Of a stretch of DNA of 64,000 bases, positions 1-14,099 are shown piece after piece (within the stretch, counting starts at the first letter, position 1; each line of letters begins with the position of its first letter). The notes beneath the pieces are model-generated. The model was given only the letters and a program-made list of their open reading frames with translations. It did no database searches and was not told the origin of the DNA. Source of the stretch: Octopus sinensis (taxonomy: Eukaryota). The position numbers and the translations under genes are program-made. Location of the stretch: positions 136,896,001 through 136,960,000 of the forward strand of contig NC_042999.1 in NCBI RefSeq assembly GCF_006345805.1, given 5' to 3'.

Positions 1-3000
1 TAAGATTGCAATTTCTATCAGATATAAATTTATTTTAAGCTTAGTGGCACTTTACAGTTTACTACATGGATAATCTACATTGAAATATATCCAGTATCAA
101 TGAAGTGCCAGTAATATAATAATTTCAGTCATTTATGAACACATAGTTAGTTTTCAACTCCAAAGTTAACTTTGGTGTAAATAAGCTTAAGAACACAAAA
201 GTAAACTCCTCAAAATATATACTGCTTCTAACTGGGGAGGATCAAGTTTTGTTGTTCCTTTCAGTGGACACCTGCATACATGTTTTTGTGTGGTTCTAGA
301 TTGAGAGAGATATTTCCAGTTGTTTGTATCTATAATAATTAGAGATTTCTACTAAAACTTACTTGTGCTGATGCAGAAATAAATAAAACAAAATTAGTAT
401 TTGTAGCACTGAAAATTAGAGAAAATATTCTCCACTGCTTCAGCTATTTAGTCAAATATTTAAAAAATTGAAAAATTGTATTAGGAAAGTACACTTTAAA
501 TTTGTAACTTTTACTCTGTCTTTGATCACTTTGGAAAAGCCAAAGGAACTTTTATATACAAGATATATATCTTTCTTTTTGTTATTCTGAGAAGGTGAAT
601 TCAGACCCCATAATATGTAAAAGTTCTTTTAGTAAGTAAAAGATGTCAGTGGGAGAGAGTGATGAAATATGAAATCATTAAAATATAGTTGATTTTATCT
701 ACTTAAGCTTCCTGTGTCTTTCATCTGAACAAGACCTGACAAGTTGCAGGAAATAGCTCTTAGTAATCTATTCCGTTTTTGGATTTGACTGGGCAGTTAT
801 GAGAATGGGAAGTTGCTCGGAAGAAAAGCATGATTTTGGTTTTTACTTTTATAATTGAAGAATTTTATTCTATTTTGTGGAAGAAAATTATGGTCACCTA
901 AATCTAACCTAATGGGAACCAGTTCAGTATCAGTCATTTACTGTGTACTTCATACTTCATTCTGGTGTTTATGTTTTATCAGTGATTGAAAGCAAGAGTT
1001 GAAGAAATGTTTTTAGTCAGAGAATGACATAGTAGCTTTGATGCTAAATATAATGTTAAGCATTTGTCATAGAGGTTAAATTTATGCTTTTACCAAAAAG
1101 TGAAGTTTATTACTCCAGTAAAATATATTCAAGTTTGGAGTACTTACACTCAGTAGCATTAGTCTGTTGTTGATTATATATCCATGAATTATTTTTTCAC
1201 ATGTAGATTGTTACAATCTTTCGGTTTGGTTTGGGTTTTCTTTTTTTTTTTCCTCATTTGAAAATATTGATGTTCCATTGTAGTGCTAGTTTTAAAATAA
1301 ATCTCCTTGATAAAATAACAAACATATTTGAATTTAGATAGGTTTTGGCAGACAGAATCATGTATTAAATATTTGTCTTCCATGAAAATAAGATTAGAAA
1401 AGATTCTATCTTACATCAAAAATTTTGTGATGCTTCTTTATATACATTGTTTATTTCTGCTCTCTACACATTGTTAACACTACTGTTGTCTACATTTGAC
1501 TTATATTATGAAAGTATTATGGACTAAATATTTTTCTTTGTATACATTTCTTCTAGAAAGCTAACGGAATTTTTTCTTTTAATTTAGTATCTTCATCTAT
1601 AAATTTCACAACTTTTGATTGAATATAAATCTTAGAGAAGGAAGTTGCCAGATTTGTTAATTATTGTTTCTTAACAACTCTAGCCTGTGATACAAATTAT
1701 AGTCTGAATATTGCACTTGTATGGAAGAAGAGAATATTTATAGCTTGAGTATAACAGCATGTTTGCTCTTGTGATGTCTTGCTAGTCAATTTTTATTTTC
1801 TTTGTGTTGGCAGTTGTTCAGAAGACAAACTAGCACTGTTTCTGTAGATTTTATTGTTTTCAAATATTTTGTTTTTATTTGTAATTTACCAATAATGGCT
1901 TCATTGATATTTTACATGAAAATATTGAATTTTATTTCTTTAGCATACATATCACTGGGTACATTACACTTTATTCGCAACTCATTGTTTCCCTCGGTCA
2001 TCTTAACAATTCTTTGAAAGTGTTTTATTTTTATTTATGTTCAATGCTATAGAAGGAACATTTTTCGAGTCATTAAATACCAAAGGCAAAGAACCATCAA
2101 ATCGTGATGTACAAAAGTCTGACCTTTTGTATTTTATCAGAAATTCTTCTTAAATAGTTTTAAGCGGAATTTATATTCAACCTTCTCCTGCATACTGAAA
2201 CCTGTTTCTGAAACCAATATCAAAGCTCCTTAGCAGAACTAATCATTCTATCTGTTCTTTAGATATTCATATTAGTTTGAGCTGAACATTTTTCTTTAAG
2301 CAATAGTCCAAATAAGATGTAAGGTGCCCGTATGATTTTGTTAGATAATGTACTTCCACAAAATTATTTCTTTTCATCTCATCTGTGGAACTATAATTAT
2401 GTTGTTAGGAAATGTGTTTTGTTTTATTTTGCTTCTCTCTTAATGTTTGCTGAAGGTGATCACCAAGTTTGAAAAACTATTGTGATTGCATGCTGAATTC
2501 TTCTACATTCAAATCTTTCTCAAGAGACATATTTATAGCTGAGTAAGGAAATAATAATGATGATGGTGGGGAAGGATACTTTGTTATTTATTCTTATTCA
2601 TAAATATTGTCAGCTTTCTTATGAGAAATGAAGAAAATACATTTTGTCATTCCTTTCCTTTTCTTTTGTTTCCACAAAACCTTTCAGGGAAAAACTGTTT
2701 ATATCTGCAGGGTAAAGAAAAAAGCAGGTGATGTAAGAGAAGTAGTACAGGCTATTGCAAGTCTGTGTTTTCCTAGAAGGAAATGTGTTTTATGAGAATA
2801 TCTTCAGAGAAATTGTGCAGCAAGGGAAACGACAAAGTATTAATAGATTGGTGTAACATGTGAGAACTGTTGTAGAAAACGGGAGACAGGGATTATGCAC
2901 TGCAGTTTAGTAGTAGGGAATGAAAAGAGAAAGAATTGATATTGGATAGAGCAAATCTTTCAGCAATTGCAAAGTATTTGATAAAGGTATTTCTTCAACA

Positions 3001-3861
3001 GCTTGTTAAGAATGGGTAATTATTTTCTAAAGAGAGTTTTCTTAGCTGTCTTTGAGTACATAGTTTAGAATTAAAATGCTAAGTATGTAATTGTTGAACA
3101 TTTCTTATGTAGTATTTATTGAAACACTTTCATGTAATTTAACTTTGGAAGAAGTTCCGGAGTCTGAACTCACAGTTGAAGCTAAATTTATTTTTACAAA
3201 ATATATGAATAGTTTGTTTTCCCTTTCATTTTTTAATTAACAAAGAAAACAAAATATTTAGATAAACCTTCATTATAACTAATTAGCAGGTGGGAAATTC
3301 ATATACTTTTTTGTTTTCATTAAGTTTATAAATTTTATTTTTTCCTTTCTTTCTCGAAAACTTATCAGTTACTTTTCTAGATCTTTCTTTGTGTAATTAA
3401 TTACTGCTTCATAAATATTATTAATACTATTTTTGTTATTTATTTTGAATTGGAGGATAAATTAATTACTTCTCAGCAATTTGTTGGTGATGAAAGAAAA
3501 TCGTATTCCTCCATCACACACATACTCACTCACAGTGACTTCATTTTTTTTTTATGCAATCTATAAAGAAAAGCTTGTTGATTTTTTTGTTTTTATTCTG
3601 TAGATTTGTGTTAGATATAAAGTTACTTCAGCAATGCTTTGTGAGGTATTCTACATGAAAGCTTAAACAAAGGGAGTTGATATAAAGAAGTCTCTTGCGA
3701 ATGCCGCATCGTTCTATGTGTGTGTGTGTGTACGTGAACATGTGTGAGGATAATAATAAATAAAATTACAATTGTCAAACTAGTTTCTGAGTCTCAATAA
3801 TGATGAGATTCTCCCCTGTAAATTCATTTACATTTTTCATCATCATCATTGTCAGTGTTTA

Positions 3862-3886
3862 GCAGCTGCGGCAGCAGCAGCAGCAG
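3862..3886 (+). repeat. (GCA)n trinucleotide repeat
   Basis: gcagctgcggcagcagcagcagcag read directly. Confidence 0.85.
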
Positions 3887-4195
3887 TCAAGCTACTACTG
3901 TAGTGCTAACAATAGCAGTAGCAGTTGATATAGACGGAACTAAGCATAGAAAGAAAAGAAAGTGGAGAATGCAGAAGGGGATGGATATTATTAATAGTTG
4001 GGAAATAGGTCTGCTCGGAGTTGTAGATAAGGTGTGCTGCAGTGAACAGCACTGACTAGTTCCCTTGCTGCGGTGCTTATTACCTGGATGATGAGCCTGG
4101 ACACAGCAGCACTTTCGGAGCCATAAATGATTGTACAGTTAAAGTGGTTGCTGACTGTGTTGCTACCTTTCTGTGTATAGTTACTGCTTTACGCT

Positions 4196-4452
4196 ACTTT
4201 CTTCTTCCTTCTCTCTCTCTTCCTTCTTGCTCTTTCTCTCTGTTACTTTTCTCTCTGTCTCTTCTTTCTCCATCTTTTACTTTCTCTCTCTCTTTTTCTT
4301 CTGCCCTCTCTTTTTCTCTTTCTTCTTCTACTCTCTATCCCTCTCTCCTCTCCTACTCTCTCTCCTCTCCTACTTTCTCTCCTCCTACTTTCTCTCCTCT
4401 CCCACTCTCTTTCTTTTCTACTCTCCCTCTCCTACTCTCTCTCTCTCTCTAT
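4196..4452 (+). repeat. Long (TC)/(CT)-rich polypyrimidine low-complexity tract
   Basis: About 250 bp almost only C/T; explains the Ser/Leu/Phe ORFs 4144..4503 and 4173..4475. Confidence 0.95.
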
Positions 4453-5469
4453 TTTCTGTTGGATCATGGCAATGAAGGAATATGTCTGTGGAAGTGGCAG
4501 TAGCCAGTGTGACTGTCACCAGTGTTTGCTACTCACTGTCCTGCATGCTGTTCTGTTGATAGTTAACTGAACACTGACTTGGTGATAATATCAGCAATAC
4601 CATACCTATGATGAGCACCAAAAAAACAGTTTACTCAGTTGCAATGAAGATGTGGCCGGCCAGCTGGACTTCAGCATGGTTGGTGTACTTTTTTCTTATT
4701 TATCTATTCCTCATGCTTCACTATTCATCCATTTTTCTGTTTTTCTGTCTTCATTCTGTTTACACTGTTTTTGTATTTTCTCTTTGGAAAAATGCAGGGT
4801 TTTTCTTATTTTAGTTTTCCTCTCTATCTTTTTATCTCATCTTTCTCTGTCTTTATTTCCCAGTAATTAACAGCTTAACAAATTATGACATTTTTAGAAC
4901 TAATTCAAATACAGTTGCATGTGTATGAGTGAGTGTAGGTGTGTGTGTATATATATTTATATGTATTCAACAGGAAACGCAGTTCTCGCTAACTTCACAG
5001 TTCTTTTCTTCTGTACATATGTGGGTGTGTATGATGTTTTCATATCTATACACATGTGCGTGTGTGTATGTATATGCATACATATCAACACATTTATATC
5101 CATACATACACAATAAACTATAATCATACATATACACACGTATCTATAATCATGTGTATGTGTGCTCACACAACACAGGTGCGTGCACACACACATGCAT
5201 AGACACATATTCTTCATAGCTTTTGTTTTTCTGTGCTACCATGGGTTAGAGAGATCTGTATTAAATGTTTTTAAAAAGTGTAGATCGTATGTCATCACAT
5301 CTGATCCCTCACTACTTCTCTTAACTTTTGTTCATTCTAAGTTTGTATGTGTGAATGTAAGATGTCCCATAAGTAAAGCAGCATTTAAAAGCTGTTAAAT
5401 GGCATATTTGTGTACACATGTGTAAACTGTAGATGTAGCATGGATTTAATTATATAATTAACAAACTAC

Positions 5470-5489
5470 ATGCACACACTCACATGGGT

Positions 5490-5529
<40 letters not shown>

Positions 5530-5560
5530 GTGCACACACACATGCCCATACACACACGCA
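5470..5560. repeat. (CA)n microsatellite
   Basis: cacacaca run with interruptions. Confidence 0.95.
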
Positions 5561-6650
5561 TTTGCTTATTAGGGCTAAAGAGAAGGCTAAAGATGTATGA
5601 TGGGCCTCATCATGTCAATCCGTATAGCTAATCCTTAAATATTCATTTAAGACTATTAGTATTTGCTTACTTATCATTTTCATAAGCATGTTCAGTAAAA
5701 TGTTTAGAATGTGAGGAATATATCTATTATTTCTATTTTTCTTCAAATCAACCCAATCATTTCCTAATATTTCACATGAATAATATTTATTAATGATGCT
5801 TTGTCAAAATGCTTTAAAAGAAATTGAAATCTGTTGAAAATTACAGCTCACCTTTTTACACACTTATCTGAAGTTTGTATATAAAAGGTATTCGTCAGGG
5901 TTTTGGTTTTTCATCTAAAATTTTTTATTGACGTTTTATGTTTTAAAAAAATTAGAAATCACTTTAGCAAAATACTCTAAAACTTTTTTAAACTATGATT
6001 TTATCAAAGCATGTGAATTCATTGAAATATTTTATAAATGTAAACAGAATTGAGTTTTTTTTTTCTTCATTGTATGTAAATGAATGAATATAAAATATCT
6101 AACTAAATTTACCCTTTCCCACAGTTTTTTCTAATTCTATAATTGCTGAAATGTGATACAAGTCAACTAGAGAAAGTCTTAGCAGCAATAGTTTAAAGAG
6201 GGGATTTTCTCTCTCTTTATAAAGGTGCAAATAATTGCTAAAGAGACTATCAGTTAAAATATTATATCAAGGAGCATCTGTTGCATCCACCCACCTTCCA
6301 TGTGACAAAAGGTAGAGGTGGTCAACATTTCATCTATCATTTAACATTATTGACTTCAAATTCATATGTATATTCCAGTAATTGAATAGAGGATTTTAAT
6401 CATTTTTGTTGCTTCCTAGTCTATCTTTGTAATCTGATGGAATAGTAATGAATTGCAAAGACAATTTTTATTTCTCAAAATTCCAAATAAGTTTTAGAAA
6501 AACTAAACTATTTTGGTTTAATATTTTGTTATTGTTTTTTGGTGTATAGTTTTAAAACTTTACTGAGTCAGTTGAGTGTATGTCTATATGTAAGACAGAG
6601 AAAAAGAGTAGAAAAGTGAAAGAGTATGCTTTAGATTTTCTCAAGCATTT

Positions 6651-6654
<4 letters not shown>

Positions 6655-6710
<56 letters not shown>
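6655..6710. repeat. (TA)n microsatellite (one of many, e.g. also 24541-24622, 36320-36470, 48570-48630, 61355-61390)
   Basis: Pure TA run. Confidence 0.95.
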
Positions 6711-6711
<1 letters not shown>

Positions 6712-7502
6712 TAAAATTAACAGTATGTGTGATCTATTACCTCTTTGTATCTGAACACACACACATGCACACACACAAGTATATAGTATTCGTATCAACC
6801 TTATAACAGATAATAAATGTATGAATTACTTAAAATTACTTGAAGATGGTCGGATTCCTCCTTGTACTAATTCATTATATAGAAAAGGTGGTGATTGTGT
6901 GTGTGTGCATTTTACTGTTTATTTATTGCCTCAAAAAATATTCTCTGAAATGGGAATTTTACCAAAGTTGTTTCTTCTGTAGCTAGTATTGATTACTAAT
7001 ATATTACAATGATTGATACTGTTCATAGAAGGTTATATTAATCTTTTGCTTGTTTGATCCCCCACCCCCACTATGCTCACATGTTAGTTTAAAATCAAAT
7101 GAAAAGGAAATTCATCTTCAAAATAAACAAAAAAAAAAACTCTTGTACCTCTTGCAGCACTCAGCAAACTTATTTTATTTAGTTTGTTGGGGGTTTTTTT
7201 CTGTTTTATGATAATTTTTTTACAAATTTATTACAATAAATGTTATATTAATAGTGATAATTATGATTTTGATAATAATAATGTAAGTGACTATTATACC
7301 TATTTCTACAATGTCACAAATTTTCTGGAAGCAGGGACAATCGATTGACTTTACTTCAGTTTATGCCTGGTACTTATTGATCCTGGAAGGATAAATTACT
7401 AAATAAGCTCTGATATTTGAACCCAGTACATACATAAAGAAAAGAAAATACTGTAATGTGTTTAGTCTCAGTCAGTAATAATAATGATGATTATAATAAT
7501 AA

Positions 7503-7712
7503 CAATCCTTTCAGCCATGGGCACAAGGCTTGAAATTTTTCATGGGAGTGATCACTTTAACTCCAGCATTCAACCAGTACTTATTTTATTGACCCCCAAA
7601 AGGATGAAATGCTAAGTCAACTTTGGTGACATTTGAATTCAGAATGTAAAGCTGGAAGAAATATCATTAAGCATTTTGTCCAGTGCACTAACAATTTTGC
7701 CAGCCTGCCTTA
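7503..7712 (-). mobile_element. tRNA-derived SINE family 2 (Meta/MESC-like core), near full length; a more decayed partial copy lies at about 7330-7440
   Basis: Reverse complement gives a tRNA-like head, the core gttgacttagcatttcatccttttgggggtcaataaaataagtactgg and an (ATT)n tail. The core resembles the MetaSINE/MESC domain as I recall it. Confidence 0.65.
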
Positions 7713-10151
7713 ATAATAATAATATCATAATAATATTGTTGGGATATATATAGTTGATATTCCACATTTTATTCATTTTGTTAGTTTTGATGCATAAATT
7801 TAGAAGACCTCACAACATTGCTTTTGATTCTGTCTTTCATTTCATTCTCATAGTTTCAGGTTGTTTAAAGCATAACACTGAAATTTGTTTCATTATGTTA
7901 AAAGATTCTGATTATATTTCTGCTTTTCTTCCATTGTTAAGGTTATTGAAAGTTCAACAGACTTGTTTCATTATGTTGAATTATTTCAATTATTTCTTCT
8001 GTTTTATTCCATAGTCAAGGTTGTTAAAAGTATAACACTCAAACACACTTTGTGACAAGCAACTATGGATTCTCTGTGTTTGGCAAAGAAATTTTGAGAT
8101 TTGTGATAAGAGATGAATTTAAAAAAATACACCCACACTAACTCTTTTTTCTGCACACTTGTTTCAATGCAGCAAAAATATATTTATATTATGCATGTAA
8201 GAACAAATGTTTATATTTATATATGCATTCATAAAGTTGCATGGTACATTGTTTAATGAATGCTTGTATGCTGTTACAGGCTCTCCCTCCTTCACTCTCT
8301 CTTTCTCTCTCTCTGTATATATATATATTTATATATACACACTCACACACACTCACACAAATGTATACATATAAATTATATACATACACATACACAGAAT
8401 CTTAAGTTGGAAAGTCTACCTTAGAATTTTTAAATAAAATTTTATATATATATTGTATATATAAAATTATTGTCATTTTACAGTTCAGTTGTTATAGTAA
8501 TCTCAGTTGTTAATTTTTGAGATATCTCAAGATTTAATTTCCTTTTTGTGATTTTCTTTTGTCTTTACTCACCATTTTTATTATTTTTAACCAACTTCAG
8601 AATTGATTTTTTATATATATATATATAAAAATTATGAAAATGATTCATTTGGGAAACATCACTGTTTTGTTTTTGTTTTTTTGGTTTATTTGAGGGTTTT
8701 TTTTTACTTTTTATCTTCTTTTCTTTCCTGCTTTCCCCACCCAGTTCCTTACTTTTGTTTACAGTAAACTGCTAATAATTTTCACTATGAGATTTCTCAA
8801 GTTGTGATAAACTGTCAGCCTAGCTTCCTAGATTAATCTTTCATTCTTGATGCCATCCTCAAAGCTGCATTATATTTGCATTTGTGTTGCAGAGGAAAAT
8901 TACTGATATCTAATATCCTGTCTGATATTGTTGTTTAAACTATTCTTGCCAAACTTCTTTTGTTTTCACGCTAATTTTGTATTTTGTTAGCTTTCAGACA
9001 CTTTGGCAAATATTTTATTAGTATTTGTTTTGCTTCTTTTTAAACTGTATCTTAGTTCATATACTTATACCAAAATTCTTCATGCAAGAAAGATTTCTGA
9101 TGCCTGACTGGTTTAGACTATTGGCCTTCAATAGCCAAAAGTTCATCTCTTACAACAGTCTTTGTGTCATACTATCTATTATATCCATTTGGCTTTAATT
9201 TTCCAACTAGTTACAGTATATTCATTTAACCATTTGTGACGGCATATTGACTGTTCATTTTGACTATGAACAGTTGCTTTTGTGGTTTTCTGACCATATT
9301 TGTTAAACTTGTACTGCACTAGTTTAGTGGATGTGATATTTGTGAATAAAGGTCCAATAAAATGCAATCTCTTACAGCTTACTAAGCTGCATACCAACAA
9401 AAAGAGGGAAACTATGTTAAATGCTCTAAAAATAAACTCTGATTTTCTTGTTACTCCTTTTACTTGATGAATGAATTTTTCACAAGATCATTCAACTAAC
9501 AAAAGCAAATTGAATTAATGTTGACTGAGACAATCTAAGTTCATGATCATTACATTCAAGTTCTATAGATACCTTGCTTGTGTTTCAGAATATTCTTTGT
9601 AGCAACACTATTCTTGTCTGTAACATTAGTATTCTGGTTACCATAACATAATAATGATAAATAATAAAATTAGGTTACATTTGACAATTAGCTTATATTT
9701 GGTATAAAATATCAATGGAACTGTTTGTTTAAAAATAAGTGCACTAGAGAACAGATTCACTAGAACTTTGAAGATAGTAGAACTTTATGGTATTCTGAGT
9801 TTTGTATCCCATTGACTTAACAGGCACCTCACTAACCCACACTTTGCCTCTTTTATATTAATAATATACTTTCCATTTCTTTTAATCAAGCTTATACACA
9901 TGCTTTCCTCAGATTCCACTGATAAATCTTGGCTACAAACAGCTTCAATATTTTTAGCAGATATCTTCCGTGAAAAAATTCCCTTAAAACTTCATACACA
10001 TGTAATAATAAATACATGCCCTTATTAGTGCATCCGCTTTATTTAACAAGCTGCTAAAGTTTCTTATTATGATTCATAACACCCCCACTTGCGCACATAC
10101 ATGCACATTCACATGCACATCAGATAGTTTATGATTACATCACAAAATCAG

Positions 10152-10268
10152 GAGATCCTTTTCAGTGCCAGAAAGTATTTCAATATTGAACAGTTGCTGA
10201 TTCTGTGTAAGGCACAAATACACCCTACTTTAAAATGCTGCTCCCATCTCTGAGATGATGCATACAAC
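10152..10268 (+). pseudogene. Ancient non-LTR retrotransposon RT C-terminal remnant
   Basis: Translates EILFSARKYFNIEQLLILCKAQIHPTLKCCSHL*DDA, matching the LYKAQxRPxLEYCSHLW motif of Jockey/CR1-type ORF2. Confidence 0.65.
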
Positions 10269-12356
10269 TTGTATATGTATAAACATATATGAAGGAAAAT
10301 ATAATTATCCTTACTCCCATCACAATATGACCATTGATCCATGTTTGAAGTATGACCTACACTTATCCCTAACTGCATCACTAAACATTACTCACTGTCT
10401 ATTTTCCCACTAACCACTCCAATCTTACCCATCTGTCCTAATCCCCAGTCTAGGAGGGCCTATAAAGGCTATTGGTACTGCCCTTTCTGAATAATAAAAT
10501 AAATCTGTATTCTTCTAAATGGTTTCTGTAGATTTCTATTGAATGAGATACAGACTGTTTCTCAAATTACTGTTTCAATGTGTTATCCAATATGCCTAAA
10601 CTGATGATAACTCCACCATAAGTTTGTGATGTTGATTGTCAAGCAACTCTTTCATGCATCGATTTCTTTTATAGTGACTCCACCAAATATTACTTTATTG
10701 CTTTATATGCAGTAAGATGGAAATCCATAACAATTTTATCCCATGGGTAAAATTACAATTACTCTGGACTGAATAGAAGGTTAGCTTGGTTGGGCGACTG
10801 CTTTATTTACGACTGGCATTGAGTTGGTTGGGAAAACATTTAGCTTGGATTTCAAAGGTCTCTGGTTCAAATTAAGTTACTCTGTTCACTTAATATGTGA
10901 GTAAAAAAATATTATACAATAATAAAATTCTCATATTATGTTGCCTTATTATCTAATGTTCTCTCCATCATACAACTGATATTTTCAACTATTTTCTCCA
11001 TTTCACCCCCATTAAATCCTTAATAACAAAGAAATAGCAAGTAATGGATAATTTTAAGTTTCGATATTGCCTCTCAGCAAATAACATTTATAAGAACAAT
11101 GAAGTGAAAGAAAAAATGGAATCTGGATAAAGTATCATGTAAAACATTTGGTTTCAGTAGAAAGCAGCAGCACTATATCCAACACTGATGTGGTGGATGA
11201 CTATAATGATAATCATGTTTATATTGTGAAGTATATTTGCCACCGAAATGTGACTTTCCTTTGCAAATACTGATAGGGCACAGAAAGTGTGTCAATAGCC
11301 AGCTGGAGGAGATGTCTTCCTGGGGCTACAAGCTACAAGTAGCATCAACCCTTAAGAGTTAGCCACATTTAGGTGGTAAATATACTTCATGATGTCGTGC
11401 AGCTAATGTTTATACCTCGCTCAGAGATTTATTATTGCATGTTTATATTTTTATTTATTTATCTATTCTTTTCTTTAAATCTTCATTAAGGCACTGAATT
11501 AAAAGATTATCAACTCCCAGTTTCTGAAATGTTTCCTGCTTCTAGCCGTTGATAGTAGATGTATTAGTTTCTACATATAACTTGTAACTTTAAATCATGT
11601 TGTTAATGAAATAATTATAAAGGGATAGAGCAAGGGAGTTTTTGAAAGAATATAAATTTTGATCAACTATTTTCAGATAAGGTTTAGTGAAACTTGTAAT
11701 TCAAATAAGTAGACTAAGATTTCCACATATTTCCACATAGATTTTCCACATATTTCTCCCTCATCCAGTCTATTAGATAGGCATACACTACTACAAATTT
11801 TCTATGGCTAAGTATAATGTCAATTCCTTATTCATTTGCATATTCTAGTATTGTCCTTTCCTGCCAAAATTCCTTTTACCTATTCCACTATTCTCAATAG
11901 TCTTTATACCAAAGTAACATGCTAGCTTCCTCACTTTTCACATACTAAATTATATTTATCGATGTTTCTGCAATAATATCTATCCAGAATCTTTTATTTC
12001 TCCTTTTGTTTGTTTTCTTGATATAAACAGAATCCAAACCTTTACAAAATTATGTACACACATGTGATATGCATGTTTGCATATGATTTTGTGAATTTTA
12101 CAAATGAAGCTGATAGAATTTATTGCTGCTTGAGAGCTTTTTCTGTATAGTCCGTCTTCAAGATAGAATCTTTAAGAATTTTCATTCAGTTATATAACTG
12201 CTGAGGGTAGAGAGATGTTTCCTGTGGCCAGTATACTGTGATCTTCTTTCTTTCTCTGCCTCTCTCTCATCATACCAAAATGTTTATAAAAGCAAAATTG
12301 CCCATTTTTTGAAAAATATTTTTAAAATAACTTTTATATAATTGAAATAAATGTTT

Positions 12357-12780
12357 AGGTATGGCTGTGTGGTTAAAAATTTCTCTTCATAATCATATGA
12401 TCTTAGATTCTACCTATTGCATGACATTTTGTGCAAGTGTCTTTTATTATAGACATGGGCTGACTAATGCCTTGTAAGTGATAACTGATGGGTTGGATTT
12501 GCATGGAAATCTATCATATGTGTGTGTGTTTATTTTTGCATGTCTTCACATTGGCACTGTTTGGGCAATGGTGAGGCTGTGTTTATCTCTTCTGTAAATA
12601 ATACATCTGGTAGCTTGGCAGTTTCCTTGATTTTGTCAGTTGAAGATTAGTAAATTAAAAATACCTTGCTCAAAAGGCAGGTATGGTTTGGCCACAGAAA
12701 GGGTTTCTGGCTATAGAGTATTGCCTTAATCTCTTAATCTTCCAAACCATACTAGCAAGGAAAAAAATGTACGTAAAAAT
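12357..12780 (+). mobile_element. Highly decayed SINE with family-1 head and an RTE-type 3' tail
   Basis: ggtatggctgtgtggttaa...gcaagtgtcttttattatag...gccttgtaagtg head; ends ccaaaccatactagcaaggaaaa...gtaaaaatgg like the RTE tail at 18170-18200. Confidence 0.5.
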
Positions 12781-13486
12781 GGTTAATGATGGTAATAAAT
12801 GTCAGTGTTGTGTCTGACTCTACTAATTTTGTGAGCAACTTTATTTGAAACCAGGTACTTTTGTGTTTAATGTTCTTAACTTGAATGCTAGAGCTCATTT
12901 TGTATTTTATTTCTTTAAGGCTGATCAAATAAATACAGTAATCTACTGAGGCCGAGTTGGTGGTATATCACTACCACTCCCCTCCACTTTTACAATACAA
13001 ACTTATATGTAAGCTACACAAATCATTGTTTAAGTATGGTCCTCTGATGTGACAGTGAATTTGCCTGTGATCAGACTCAGCAACTAAGTTTCACTTCCCT
13101 ATTGGAACCACTTTTCTCATCCTAAGGTCACAAGGAAAGATAACAACTTCACAATATCCCCATTGTCTCCCTTCTGATAAGCCAAGTCTTTATATCCACA
13201 TGAACAATCTTTATATATGTCATTGTTTTGCATATTTATTGTTTTAAAAGATATTCTGTTTATCTGATACATTGGAAAAGGTTTATTTTACGATCTATCT
13301 GTCAGGATATCAAATTTTATGATAGCTTACCAGACAACAAACTGATTATAAAATTATTGAGAGATTGGAAACACCTTTGAATAACTGATCATTCATGGTA
13401 ATCAGCATACTGTAGATATATTCAAAGATAGGCAGAACACACACACACAGATGTGGGGAGAAGAGCAAAAGAGAGAGAGAGAGAAA

Positions 13487-13715
13487 GAGCAGCCAATGGC
13501 TAAATCAGTATTGTGATGGAAAAATACCTTGAAATATTTAATTAGGTGGTTTTATGTTCTGGATTCAAATCTCATCAAAATCAATTTTGTCTTTCAACCT
13601 TCCCAGGTCTGTAAGTAAGAGGCAGTTAGATACTGAGGTCAATCTAATCAACTTTTGCCCTTCTCCTCAAGAAGTTTGAGCTTTGTGTTTATATTAGAAA
13701 TAATAATATCTGATT
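13487..13715 (+). mobile_element. SINE family 2, decayed sense copy
   Basis: B-box-like ggattcaaatc, core aattttgtctttcaaccttcccaggtc, ends attagaaataataat; reverse complement of 7503-7712. Confidence 0.55.
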
Positions 13716-14099
13716 TTGCTTTAGGCATAAGAGCAGCAATTTTGAGCTGAGAGGGTTAGTCAATATCATTGACCTGTATTTGTTTATATATGTATGTATT
13801 TTAGTTTACCTTTCTTTCCACTGACACTATTTTCTCTAAACACTGTACTCCTCTTGTTTCTCAATCCTTTACCTGTGTTCCCTCCACATAGCCCATTACA
13901 ATCACATATTATAGCACTCTATTAGAATTGGTGTTTTTGCAAATACCACTACCTTACATTCTGCTTTCAGTTCTCTCTACTTCTTTCACTCTCATCCTAC
14001 ATTTTCTCTTTTCCTTGTTTACTTTCAATCTTTCACCCATATCCTGGAGAATGGGAAAGTAAACACATTATTTTAAGATACATACAATATACTATAGTA

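Noticed and set aside
4088-4154. ATGATGA...CTGA spacing like a C/D-box snoRNA
   Set aside because: No terminal stem and no recognisable rRNA/snRNA antisense element; the boxes are common by chance
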